Source: Armatimonadota bacterium
GTDB lineage: Bacteria; Armatimonadota; Armatimonadia; Armatimonadales; Armatimonadaceae
Assembly: GCA_043754515.1 (NCBI GenBank)
Contig: JAYUUO010000077.1
Span: 1-15,134 of the forward strand
DNA: 15,134 bases
Direction of reading: 5' to 3'
Positions within the stretch are counted from its first letter, which is position 1. Each line of letters begins with the position of its first letter. The notes beneath the pieces were generated by a model. It searched no databases, was not told the origin of the DNA, and saw only the letters and a list, made by a program, of their open reading frames with translations. Both the position numbers and the translations under genes were made by a program. Of this stretch, positions 1 through 7,893 are shown in pieces.

Positions 1-19
1 CCAGGTTCTGTATAGGTTG

Positions 20-244
20 GTTTCCATACCACACTGGTTCGATTAGAGGACTGCCGTGTTTGGTACTGCCCTCCGCCATTAGTTCGGTTTCCATACCACA
101 CTGGTTCGATTAGAGGACGAAGCCCAATGCGCAAAGTTCCAGTTTGGCAGTTTCCATACCACACTGGTTCGATTAGAGGCCATTAGTTCGCGGTAGGCCA
201 GTGTGATGTCGGCAGTTTCCATACCACACTGGTTCGATTAGAGG
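20..244 (-). CRISPR. CRISPR array, leader-proximal end (4 identical 30-bp repeats, 3 full spacers, plus a partial spacer at 1-19); class 1, I-B/III-like repeat
   Basis: GTTTCCATACCACACTGGTTCGATTAGAGG at 20-49, 87-116, 150-179 and 215-244; spacers of 37, 33 and 35 nt. The reverse complement CCTCTAATCGAACCAGTGTGGTATGGAAAC ends in the canonical ATGGAAAC handle, which indicates minus-strand transcription. The array probably continues left of the window. Confidence 0.97.
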
Positions 245-393
245 TCCACATTTCGACGCCCGCCCCGCTTCAACTACCATCTATAGTACCACGGCACGCG
301 CGTAGACTGCCCTCGACCCCAGTTCCACACCGTCGCGAGGCAAAATCGTCGTCGCACTCACTCGTGGCGATGCGCTACCGGGGTCCGACGACG
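245..393 (-). promoter_or_regulatory. CRISPR leader with extended -10 promoter and inverted-repeat motif
   Basis: Minus-strand TGgTACTAT (291-283) points into the array. An 8-bp perfect inverted repeat, CGTCGTCG (347-354) / CGACGACG (386-393), resembles the GTCG...CGAC motifs of I-B-type leaders. Confidence 0.7.
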
Positions 394-397
394 CTTG

Positions 398-442
398 GCC
401 CGCCACTTTTCGCGGCGGTTCGCGACGCGAAAAGTGGCGGGC
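398..442. terminator. 17-bp perfect hairpin between the radA stop and the CRISPR leader (possible terminator/insulator)
   Basis: GCCCGCCACTTTTCGCG (398-414) / CGCGAAAAGTGGCGGGC (426-442), 11-nt loop, about 50 nt downstream of the radA stop. No clear U-tract. Confidence 0.5.
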
Positions 443-492
443 GCGGAGCGTACCACGTCGCCCGCCTCACGCACGCCGCTAGTCACGACCGG

Positions 493-2013
493 CTACACGC
501 CGCTCGTCGAGATCAATGCCTTGTCCACCGCCTCGCGGAGCGCGTCCACGCCCAGGAACGCGATGCCGGAGCCTTTCGCGTCCCGCCCGACGTTCTTGCC
601 GGGGATCAGCGCCATGTCGAAGCCGAGCCGCGCCGCCTCTTTGAGCCGCTTGTCAATCTGCGAACAGCCGCGCACCTCGCCCGACAAGCCTATCTCGCCG
701 AGGAAGATCGCCTTCGGGTCCACCGGCATCTCCTTGAAGTTGGACGCGATGGCGAGCGCGATGGCGAGATCCGCCGCTGGCTCCTCAATCTTGATGCCGC
801 CCGCAACGTTGATGTAAACGTCCTGATTCGCGAGCGACAAGCCGACTCGCTTCTCCAGCACCGCAAGGATCATGGCGACCCGATCTCGCGAAACACCGTT
901 CGTGGTGCGGCGCGGCGAGCCGAGATAGGACGGCGCGACGAGCGCCTGAATCTCGACCAGTAGCGGGCGCGTCCCTTCAATAGTCGCCGTGACCGTGGAG
1001 CCGGGCTGCATCTCCGGGCGTTCGGCCAGGAACAACTCCGACGGGTTCTCGACGCCGACCAGCCCTTCCTCGCGCATCTCGAAAATGCCGAGTTCGTCCG
1101 TGGAGCCGAAGCGGTTCTTCACCGCGCGCAGAACACGGAATGTCAGGTGGCGGTCACCCTCGAAGTAAAGCACCGTGTCTACCATGTGCTCCAGAACACG
1201 GGGTCCGGCGAGCGAGCCTTCCTTCGTCACGTGCCCGACCAGGAACACCGGGATCCCCCGGCCCTTCGCGATAGCCGCGAGCGCGGCGGTAGACGCGCGG
1301 ACCTGCGAGACGGTGCCGGGGGACGATTCGACATCCGGCGACGACATCGTCTGGATCGAGTCAATCACGATAAACTTCGGCTTTAGTTCGTCCACGTAAC
1401 GGGCGATTTGGCCGACATCGGTCTCGGAGGCGAGTAACAGCTCCTCGTGCTCCGCGCCGAGCCGTTGCGCGCGTAGCTTAATCTGCTCCGCCGACTCCTC
1501 GCCCGAGACATACAGCACCGTGCCGTAGGCTTTAGCGAGGTTTCCAGCCACCTGACTCAGTAATGTGGATTTGCCCGCGCCCGGCTCCCCGCAGATCAGC
1601 ACGAGCGAACCCGCAACCACGCCGCCGCCTAGCACGCGGTCGAACTCGCTGATGTACGTGCTCTGGCGGGCATGCGATATCGCCGAAATCATCGTGATCG
1701 GGCGCGGACGCGACTGCGCGGCACCCATGTACGAGATGTTAGCGGGCGGCGAGACGCGTTCGGGCGCACCCGCGCCGTCCCCGTTCGGCGAGCCGCCGTT
1801 GCCACCCGAGTAGCCACCTGCGGACGAGCCGCCGCCCCCATTTAGCGAACCGCCGTTACGGGCGAGCGACTGGGCGAGCGTGGTCGCGCCGCCGCGTACC
1901 GCCTCCTCCACGAGGCCGTTCCACTCGCCGCAGTCGGGGCACTTGCCTTGCCACTTGGGCTGCACAGAGCCGCACATTTCGCAAACATATCGAGTCTTGG
2001 TGCCGGTAGCCAT
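493..2013 (-). CDS. radA: DNA repair protein RadA/Sms
   Basis: C4 zinc finger CEMC...CPDC, Walker A GEPGAGKST, Walker B IVIDS, KNRFG signature and Lon-like C-terminal domain (GEIGLSGEVR). Carries a Gly/Ser/Asn-rich linker expansion. Confidence 0.97.
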   Translation of the reverse strand: MATGTKTRYVCEMCGSVQPKWQGKCPDCGEWNGLVEEAVRGGATTLAQSLARNGGSLNGGGGSSAGGYSGGNGGSPNGDGAGAPERVSPPANISYMGAAQSRPRPITMISAISHARQSTYISEFDRVLGGGVVAGSLVLICGEPGAGKSTLLSQVAGNLAKAYGTVLYVSGEESAEQIKLRAQRLGAEHEELLLASETDVGQIARYVDELKPKFIVIDSIQTMSSPDVESSPGTVSQVRASTAALAAIAKGRGIPVFLVGHVTKEGSLAGPRVLEHMVDTVLYFEGDRHLTFRVLRAVKNRFGSTDELGIFEMREEGLVGVENPSELFLAERPEMQPGSTVTATIEGTRPLLVEIQALVAPSYLGSPRRTTNGVSRDRVAMILAVLEKRVGLSLANQDVYINVAGGIKIEEPAADLAIALAIASNFKEMPVDPKAIFLGEIGLSGEVRGCSQIDKRLKEAARLGFDMALIPGKNVGRDAKGSGIAFLGVDALREAVDKALISTSGV

Positions 2014-2019
2014 GCGATT

Positions 2020-2048
2020 ATTGTATCAGAAAGGAGGAGTCAAGGCAA
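2020..2048 (-). promoter_or_regulatory. sigma70-type promoter, probably giving a leaderless radA mRNA
   Basis: Minus strand reads TTGCCT-N17-TACAAT with an extended TG, 6 nt before the ATG at 2013; no SD between the -10 and the start codon. Confidence 0.7.
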
Positions 2049-2071
2049 ACATAATGGCAAACAAAAACGGT

Positions 2072-3271
2072 TCACTGGATGATGTCGCTCGACTCCTCGC
2101 GCCGCCGCGCTATTTGCCGGAGCGTCAAGAACTCCATCGCGTTCTCCAGCGTTACCATGCCGAGCAGGTCACCGCCCGCGTTCTCGCGCACCAAGACCGG
2201 CGCGTGGCGCAACGAGTGGCTCGAAAGCAGGTAGTCCTCCAGCGGTTCGTCCGGGGCGGCGAAGATAACGTCGCGATCCATGAAGCTGGCGACGTACGCC
2301 GATTCGCCCTCCCGCGCCAGCCCACGCAGGAGTTGCGAGCGCGATAACATGCCGACCACCTCCCCGCCCGCGATCACCGGGAAGTCCTGCTGGCTCCCGG
2401 CGAGCAACACGTCGGCGGCATGTTTGAGCGTATCCCCATGCGAAAGCGTCGCGAAGTCGCGCATCATGGCGTCGGCGACGGGTGTATCGGACATAATATC
2501 GCGCGATTCTTCCGCCGCCCGCTCCTGCCCCGCGCCGAAATAGACGAATACCGCGATAATTACCAACAAGTAGTTTTTCGGATTGTTCCAAACGCCCAGC
2601 CCGGTCAGACACAGGAAAAACGCGAGCACCTGCCCTATGCCCGCCGCGATGCGCGTCGCCCGCACTCGCCCTATTTTGAGCGCGAGGGCCGCCCGCAACA
2701 CCCGCCCGCCGTCCATCGGGAACGCGGGAATGGCGTTGAACGCGATCAGCATCAGGTTCGTGTACAAGAGGAGCGTCAGGTACCCGGTGCTGACAGGCAC
2801 GCCGTGCCCGGTCTGTAGCTCGATAAAGAGGCCGCGCAACCGTTCCCAGATGGAATCGTGCGTAAAGAACGTCGCCCAGAGTCCGATCAGGGAAGCGATC
2901 ACGACGTTCACCGCCGGACCCGCGACCGCGATCCAGAGCTCGTGACGCGCGCGGGGCGTCTCTTCAATGGACGCGACGCCGCCGATGGGGTACAAAACGA
3001 TGTCGCTCACCGTGTAGCCGTAGCGTTGTGCCACCAGCGAATGCCCCAGTTCGTGGAGCACGACGCAGGTGAACACACCGAGCAGGAACACGGCCTGCGC
3101 CCAGCCGCCGCGCCCCCAGCCAGCGACCACGAAGTATGCAAGGAATAGCAGGAACGTGAAGTGCAGGCGGATGGGTATCCGGAAGACGGTCGCGACGCGA
3201 ACAGACCAGCCAGTATGCGGGTCACGCTCGCGGCTTTCTTTTTTCGGGGCGTTATTGATGGGAACACTCAT
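2072..3271 (-). CDS. Site-2 protease (M50 family intramembrane zinc metalloprotease) with C-terminal CBS pair
   Basis: HELGH zinc motif, AGPAVN, NAIPAFPMDGGR motif, several hydrophobic helices and a tandem CBS-like C-terminus (FPVI..VVGML, LLGMVT). Confidence 0.93.
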   Translation of the reverse strand: MSVPINNAPKKESRERDPHTGWSVRVATVFRIPIRLHFTFLLFLAYFVVAGWGRGGWAQAVFLLGVFTCVVLHELGHSLVAQRYGYTVSDIVLYPIGGVASIEETPRARHELWIAVAGPAVNVVIASLIGLWATFFTHDSIWERLRGLFIELQTGHGVPVSTGYLTLLLYTNLMLIAFNAIPAFPMDGGRVLRAALALKIGRVRATRIAAGIGQVLAFFLCLTGLGVWNNPKNYLLVIIAVFVYFGAGQERAAEESRDIMSDTPVADAMMRDFATLSHGDTLKHAADVLLAGSQQDFPVIAGGEVVGMLSRSQLLRGLAREGESAYVASFMDRDVIFAAPDEPLEDYLLSSHSLRHAPVLVRENAGGDLLGMVTLENAMEFLTLRQIARRREESSDIIQ

Positions 3272-3297
3272 AATACAGATATACGCCCTTCACGGTT

Positions 3298-4404
3298 TCA
3301 TAGTTCATTGGGTTTCATTTCGGCTATGGTACCGCCCCGCTCGTCCGTTCGCACTCTGCCGAACGCGAGCAACCGGGATCGTTCGCGCGCGGACGCCGCC
3401 GCGCCGCGCGGGACGGTAACACGCACCCCGACCGCCTCCCGGTCGAATCCGTCATATCTGCCCAGCGCGAACAGGCGTCCGGTGTCGTCGTGCAGGCCGA
3501 CCAGCACCCCTTGATGCGCCGGGAGCGACACCACCCGCACCGTGCGCACCTTGAAATGCTCCGACGCCGCGCCCGATAAGCCCTCCCAGCCCGGACGCGG
3601 CGCGCCGTCCAGAAATAGCGTTAACACCCCGCCCGTGATTTCGCCGTGCGCCACCGGCAGATGGAGCGTGTCACCCGCCCACCGCGCGAGGTGCGGCGCG
3701 ATCACGGTGCCGGATCCCAGCGTCGCACCCAGGGTCACGACCTTGTCGAGCGGTACCAGCACCGTGACCGGTTGCTCGCCGAAGTAGGCAGCGAGACGGG
3801 TCTGTCGGCGGGTAGCGCGTTGCGCCGGCGGCTTGCGCTGTACGCCGCCTGGCACCGGGACCGCGAGTAGCTCCGCGTCACAAACGGCGGCCGCGACTTG
3901 CGCGAGGGCGAGCAGTTCGCGGTCCTTGTCGGCACCGAAAGCGAGGATCAGGGCGGGCTGGATCAGTGCCGCCTTCGCCGCTTTGAGGCGACGCGCGGTC
4001 GGCCCCGAAACGTAGCCGGTGGTGTCCACCAGAATACGTGTGGCGTCGCGGGTTCGGGCGTGACGCACGGCGGCCGCGGCGGCGGTCGCGTGTTCGAGGG
4101 GCAGGGTGGACGCGGAGAAACAGCCGACGAAGAAGGTCCCCGCCGGTTTCAGGTCGGACCGCTCGGCGTCCGCGCGCGCCCACGCCACGGCGACGGTTCC
4201 GGGCGGGGCGATCTCGCTCTGCCCGATGTCGGCGTCAACCACGGCGATCCGCTCCGAGTCTTCGGCGAGGGCGCGGGCCACCCGCGTAGTGAATGTGGTT
4301 TTGCCGGTGTCGGTGCCGCCGATGAGCAGCACCGTGCCGCCGGCCGGGAGCGAGGCGATGCGCGCGTACGCGGGTGCCCATTCGGGCGGTACTTCGTTGT
4401 TCAC
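3298..4404 (-). CDS. Clp1/Grc3-family polynucleotide 5'-OH kinase
   Basis: Walker A GGTDTGKTT, DADIGQ Walker B signature, clasp-like DTTGY and Arg-rich lid RATRRQTR. GTG start. Confidence 0.85.
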   Translation of the reverse strand: MNNEVPPEWAPAYARIASLPAGGTVLLIGGTDTGKTTFTTRVARALAEDSERIAVVDADIGQSEIAPPGTVAVAWARADAERSDLKPAGTFFVGCFSASTLPLEHATAAAAAVRHARTRDATRILVDTTGYVSGPTARRLKAAKAALIQPALILAFGADKDRELLALAQVAAAVCDAELLAVPVPGGVQRKPPAQRATRRQTRLAAYFGEQPVTVLVPLDKVVTLGATLGSGTVIAPHLARWAGDTLHLPVAHGEITGGVLTLFLDGAPRPGWEGLSGAASEHFKVRTVRVVSLPAHQGVLVGLHDDTGRLFALGRYDGFDREAVGVRVTVPRGAAASARERSRLLAFGRVRTDERGGTIAEMKPNEL

Positions 4405-4411
4405 GGGTTTT

Positions 4412-4417
4412 ATTCTA
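4412..4417 (-). promoter_or_regulatory. -10 element for a probably leaderless Clp1 transcript
   Basis: TAGAAT on the minus strand, 7 nt upstream of the GTG at 4404. Confidence 0.55.
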
Positions 4418-4431
4418 CCCGCGCGGGAGCA

Positions 4432-4809
4432 TCACTGCCGGACGCCGAGCCGAACTCGTTCCGGCTCACGAGCCACCGCGGGAGCGGCGTACGATTCCTC
4501 CCCCTCCGTGGCGACTACCGGCGCGGTCCGCGGATACGGTTCGGCGGCGACGCCGACACGCACCGTCCTCCGCCGCGACAGCGACCACATGCCGTTCGCG
4601 ACGAGCGGCGCACAAACCACGGCGGGGATTAGCAGCGGAAGCGTGGAGGCCAGGCGGGCCAACAACGATTTCGGACCGAGACTCACTGCCAGAGCGGGGT
4701 AGAAGGCGGTGAGTAACGAGGCGAACAGGCTCAGTTGTACGGCGACGGTAAGTACCGCCTTCGGCGTGCGCAAGGCATCGAGCAAAAGCGTAGCGGTTCG
4801 GTTGCTCAT
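4432..4809 (-). CDS. Small hypothetical membrane protein (about 125 aa, 2 hydrophobic segments)
   Basis: 3' part of the 4432..5244 ORF. The ATG at 4809 is preceded 6 nt upstream by TGcTACACT (4824-4816); hydrophobic stretches VLTVAVQLSLFASLLTAFYPALAV and LPLLIPAVVCAPLVANG. Confidence 0.6.
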   Translation of the reverse strand: MSNRTATLLLDALRTPKAVLTVAVQLSLFASLLTAFYPALAVSLGPKSLLARLASTLPLLIPAVVCAPLVANGMWSLSRRRTVRVGVAAEPYPRTAPVVATEGEESYAAPAVAREPERVRLGVRQ

Positions 4810-4938
4810 GGCGTTAGTGTAGCATGACCGGCCGGAGTTATAGATGCCCCGGCTAACTACGTGAAGAGCGATTGCAGGGTATCGCACCTCGGGTGGCCTG
4901 CGGGTTGTCGGTACACTTCTCCCCCGGTTGCCCTCTTG

Positions 4939-5052
4939 GTAGTCGGCGTCCTCGCGCGTTGACCGCAGGGCGATCAAATGCGTACCGACACGTCGCCGCG
5001 CCGGGACCGCTAAACCGCCGTTGTTCCGAATTAGTTCCGGCAGTTGATCGTA
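4939..5052 (-). pseudogene. Fragment of a HEPN-domain gene (second, inverted paralog)
   Basis: YDQLPELIRNNGGLAVPARRRVGTHLIALRSTREDADY aligns without gaps, 19/38 identical by hand count, to the plus-strand HEPN segment at 5488-5601. Confidence 0.75.
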
Positions 5053-5283
5053 AGTACCGCGCTGCGGACGCGAGTTGGGCGCGGCGAACGGCAACGCATT
5101 TAGGCGGGCGTCGGCGCGGAGAGGGCGGTGCTGGCTATGGACCACGAAGCCGCGCACTGGTTGTACGCCTTTCGGTGCGGCTACCGCGGCGTTTCCGAAA
5201 CCGACATAGGAGCGCATAGCGCACTTTCCGCCGCGCCGACGCAAACGAATCGTGCTATAGTCCCTTCATGGGACGCCCGCTGG

Positions 5284-5772
5284 ATGCCAGAAAGTAGCCG
5301 CGACCGAGCGAAACGCTGGCGGCGCATGGCGACGGCGACGCTCGATACGGCGAAGTTTCTGCGAGAGCGTGACGATCACCGCTCGTGTGTGAGCCGAGTA
5401 TACTACGCGGCATATCAGGCGGCAACTTCGGCAGCAATCGCGCATGGCGACGCGGGCAGTTTCCCGCCCGGCTGGAACAACCCGTCACATGAACAACTGC
5501 CTGGCCTCGTGTTAAACAACGACGATTTGCCCCTCCCGACGCGCCGCACGATCCGCACTATTCGGCGGGAACTGCGGAGTTTGCGCGAGGATTCTGACTA
5601 CTCGAATATGCCATCGTTTATTTACACCCAAAAAAGCCCTTTAGCCTTAAAGCCACTAATGGTTCTGGTGCTACCCTTAAACTATTCCCGAAACATTGCA
5701 GTCATCGGGCCCGCCTCCCTTTACTACATCTATAATATGGTAGTAGCATTGCGGAAGAACACGCCCGCGTGA
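5284..5772 (+). pseudogene. HEPN-domain protein (HEPN-MNT type), apparently truncated after the R-x4-Y motif
   Basis: SRVYYAAYQA, a conserved His (PSHEQL) and REDSDY ending at 5601. The frame then runs into AT-rich, non-HEPN-like sequence. Extended -10 TGcTATAGT at 5253-5261; start codon uncertain. Confidence 0.7.
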
Positions 5773-5834
5773 GACGCGTCCGCAAAAGGCGGAGGTAGTT
5801 TAATGAGGAACAACGAGGCGACACCCCTCGCTGA

Positions 5835-6464
5835 TCACGGCGCGTGTTTCGCGCACCCGGCGCACAGATAGTCAACCGCGCCGAGCAGATCCGAAAGGTT
5901 GTTGAGGCCGAACAGCGCGGACTGTTGCACGGTGTTTTGCGTTGTGAGGCAGTAAAACTGCCATCCATTCCCGTTGCTGACGATGCCGTAGATCGGAATA
6001 ATAGTCCCACTCTGCCGGTTATTCCAGCGGCAGGCTACCATCTCCGCGACGCATTGCGCCTCGCTGCCCTCGAAATCGTCCTTTTTCGCCTCGACGACGC
6101 ACAGCAAAGGAGCTTTGACATACGCGCGTTTGGGCGCGATCAGGTAGTCCGTAAAGCCAGTCATGGCGTCGGTTTCGAGCGGCTCCCCCTTCCACACCTT
6201 GATCTTCGGATGACGCGGCACAACCTCGATCAGGATCGCGTCGATCAGCATTATTTTCGCGGGTTCCGATCCAGTCAGGTCGAAAGACTCGAAGCGGGCG
6301 AGTATTTCGGTCAATATAGCGGAAGGAGGGAGCGGGGCACTCCCGATGTTCCAGGGAATTAGTAGCTCCGTCGGCACCAGACCTAACGCCTCCTCCAGCG
6401 AAAAGCCGGAATACTTGCGCTTCACGACGACCGTTCCGGCGACTTTACGGACGCGTGTCACCAT
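5835..6464 (-). CDS. PD-(D/E)xK nuclease-like protein (HsdR N-terminal-like)
   Basis: SE..K...I..IL, G.TDY, VVEAKK, QC.AEM and YGIVSNG..WQF motifs. The ATG at 6464 has GAGGG upstream. The longer 6617 start overlaps the next gene. Confidence 0.75.
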   Translation of the reverse strand: MVTRVRKVAGTVVVKRKYSGFSLEEALGLVPTELLIPWNIGSAPLPPSAILTEILARFESFDLTGSEPAKIMLIDAILIEVVPRHPKIKVWKGEPLETDAMTGFTDYLIAPKRAYVKAPLLCVVEAKKDDFEGSEAQCVAEMVACRWNNRQSGTIIPIYGIVSNGNGWQFYCLTTQNTVQQSALFGLNNLSDLLGAVDYLCAGCAKHAP

Positions 6465-6483
6465 GCCGCCCTCGCTTCGTCTT

Positions 6484-7626
6484 TCACGCCGGGACCGCGT
6501 CCGCGCCGACCGATTCTGTCTCTTCGCCGAACTCGCCCGCGAGCGTGTCGGCGATCCCGAATCCGGGATCAGCGGGTTCGAGAAGGGCATGTTCGGGGAC
6601 ATAGGGTGCGTCCCCATCGTGCGCCGCCAAGAAGGGGCGTACGGCGGCTAGGAACGCCTCCGGTTGCTCGACATGTGGGAGCATTCCGGCGTCCTCGATG
6701 ACCTCTAGCTTTGCGGCGGGGTTCGATGTAACGAACGCCTCCGCGTGCGCGATGGGCGATTCCACCGCGCCGCTACCCCACACGATCAGCGGCAGGTCAA
6801 TCACCTTTTTCCACTCGTCGGCGATGCGTATGTTCAGCATACCGGACAGGAACGACGGCAGGGCGTTCTCGCCGCCCGGCTGATGCGCCGCCGTGTGATA
6901 CTCGTCCACCATCTCGCTCGTCGCCGTGGCGGGACTGGCGAACAGGCGCGTTGTCATATAGTTGCGGATTCCGGCTTTGGACGTAATCGCGTTGTAAAGT
7001 GAAGTGCCCACTACCGGCGTGGAGAGCACGCTCCGCCCGATTTCAGCGCGGTCACTCGGCGGTTTGGCAAGCTCCTCAATACCGGTCGGACAGATCAATA
7101 CCAGTCGGCGGAAAAGAGAAGGGTCGGTGCCGGACAGCGCGATCACGTACGCGGCGGAAAGCGATGTCGCGATCACGTCGCACTCGCCGCGTCCCGCCCC
7201 GACCTTGATCACCTTGCGGCAGAAGCCGTCCAGTAACGTGACGTATTTCTCGGCGGTGTACGCCATTTGCGGCTTGTCGGACTTGCCGAACCCGAGCAGA
7301 TCCAGCGCGTAGACGGTGTGCTTTTCCGTCAGCGCATCCCAAACTTGAAGCCACTCATACGACGAGCAACCCGCGCCGATGCCGTGTACCAGCAGGAGGG
7401 GCGGTCCCGAGCCGGCCTTTTTATAGAAAACGTCGCCGTCGGGGGTCGGGAAATAACGCGTCTCGCCGCCCGTGAGTTTCGTGGTAAGCGGGGGAGTTTT
7501 GTAGAAGATGAACGCGTTCGTGAGTGCCGCCGCGCCGACTGTGATTCCCAGGGCGAGGAGCCCGGTCAGCCAGCCGTTCGCACCGTCGTTCCGCCCGCTT
7601 CGGTCGTTGCTTTCGATATCAGCCAT
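6484..7626 (-). CDS. Alpha/beta hydrolase with an N-terminal membrane anchor
   Basis: LLLVHGIGAG oxyanion motif, DLLGFGKS, an atypical nucleophile elbow ATSLS and C-terminal MLPHVE (catalytic His). Confidence 0.88.
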   Translation of the reverse strand: MADIESNDRSGRNDGANGWLTGLLALGITVGAAALTNAFIFYKTPPLTTKLTGGETRYFPTPDGDVFYKKAGSGPPLLLVHGIGAGCSSYEWLQVWDALTEKHTVYALDLLGFGKSDKPQMAYTAEKYVTLLDGFCRKVIKVGAGRGECDVIATSLSAAYVIALSGTDPSLFRRLVLICPTGIEELAKPPSDRAEIGRSVLSTPVVGTSLYNAITSKAGIRNYMTTRLFASPATATSEMVDEYHTAAHQPGGENALPSFLSGMLNIRIADEWKKVIDLPLIVWGSGAVESPIAHAEAFVTSNPAAKLEVIEDAGMLPHVEQPEAFLAAVRPFLAAHDGDAPYVPEHALLEPADPGFGIADTLAGEFGEETESVGADAVPA

Positions 7627-7893
7627 AACTTTTAGTAACTTTCGACGCGGTGACGATATGCGCCGGTAGTGTTATACCCGTCCACCCCTTCCTGCCGCAA
7701 GCGCACCGCGCGGATTAGGGCGATTGCACCGTGGTTTGGCCGCTCGTTCGGAGAGCGGGCGCGGAACGGTGAACCGTTTCAGCGGGCGTCGGTGCCGACG
7801 CCTAACATACAATAGCCCAATCGTTCCCTACCGCGCCGGGCGGACTTCATTCCGCGATGTGGCGTACAATAGCGGCGGGAGTTTTTAACCGCT

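Noticed and set aside
198..205. CCAGTGTG in spacer 3 complementary to CACACTGG of the repeat; shared GGCA ends of spacers 2 and 3
   Set aside because: 8-nt and 4-nt matches are too short to separate from chance with three spacers.
4828..4935. Cluster of small hairpins with CTACGT and CACC-tcg-GGTG, vaguely like an IscB omegaRNA/HEARO or REP remnant
   Set aside because: Resemblance is too short, no IscB/TnpB/RAYT gene is nearby, and short stems are expected in GC-rich DNA. It would need a covariance-model hit.
4432..5244. 270-aa ORF as a single gene
   Set aside because: It is a chance read-through joining a HEPN fragment to a separate membrane-protein gene that has its own -10 and ATG at 4809.
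5128..5283. N-terminal extension of the 214-aa HEPN ORF
   Set aside because: A promoter-like motif at 5253-5261 lies inside it, and HEPN-like sequence starts only after about 5284.
7808..7873. TACAATAGC repeated at 7808 and 7865
   Set aside because: Could be tandem promoters or chance; no further support.
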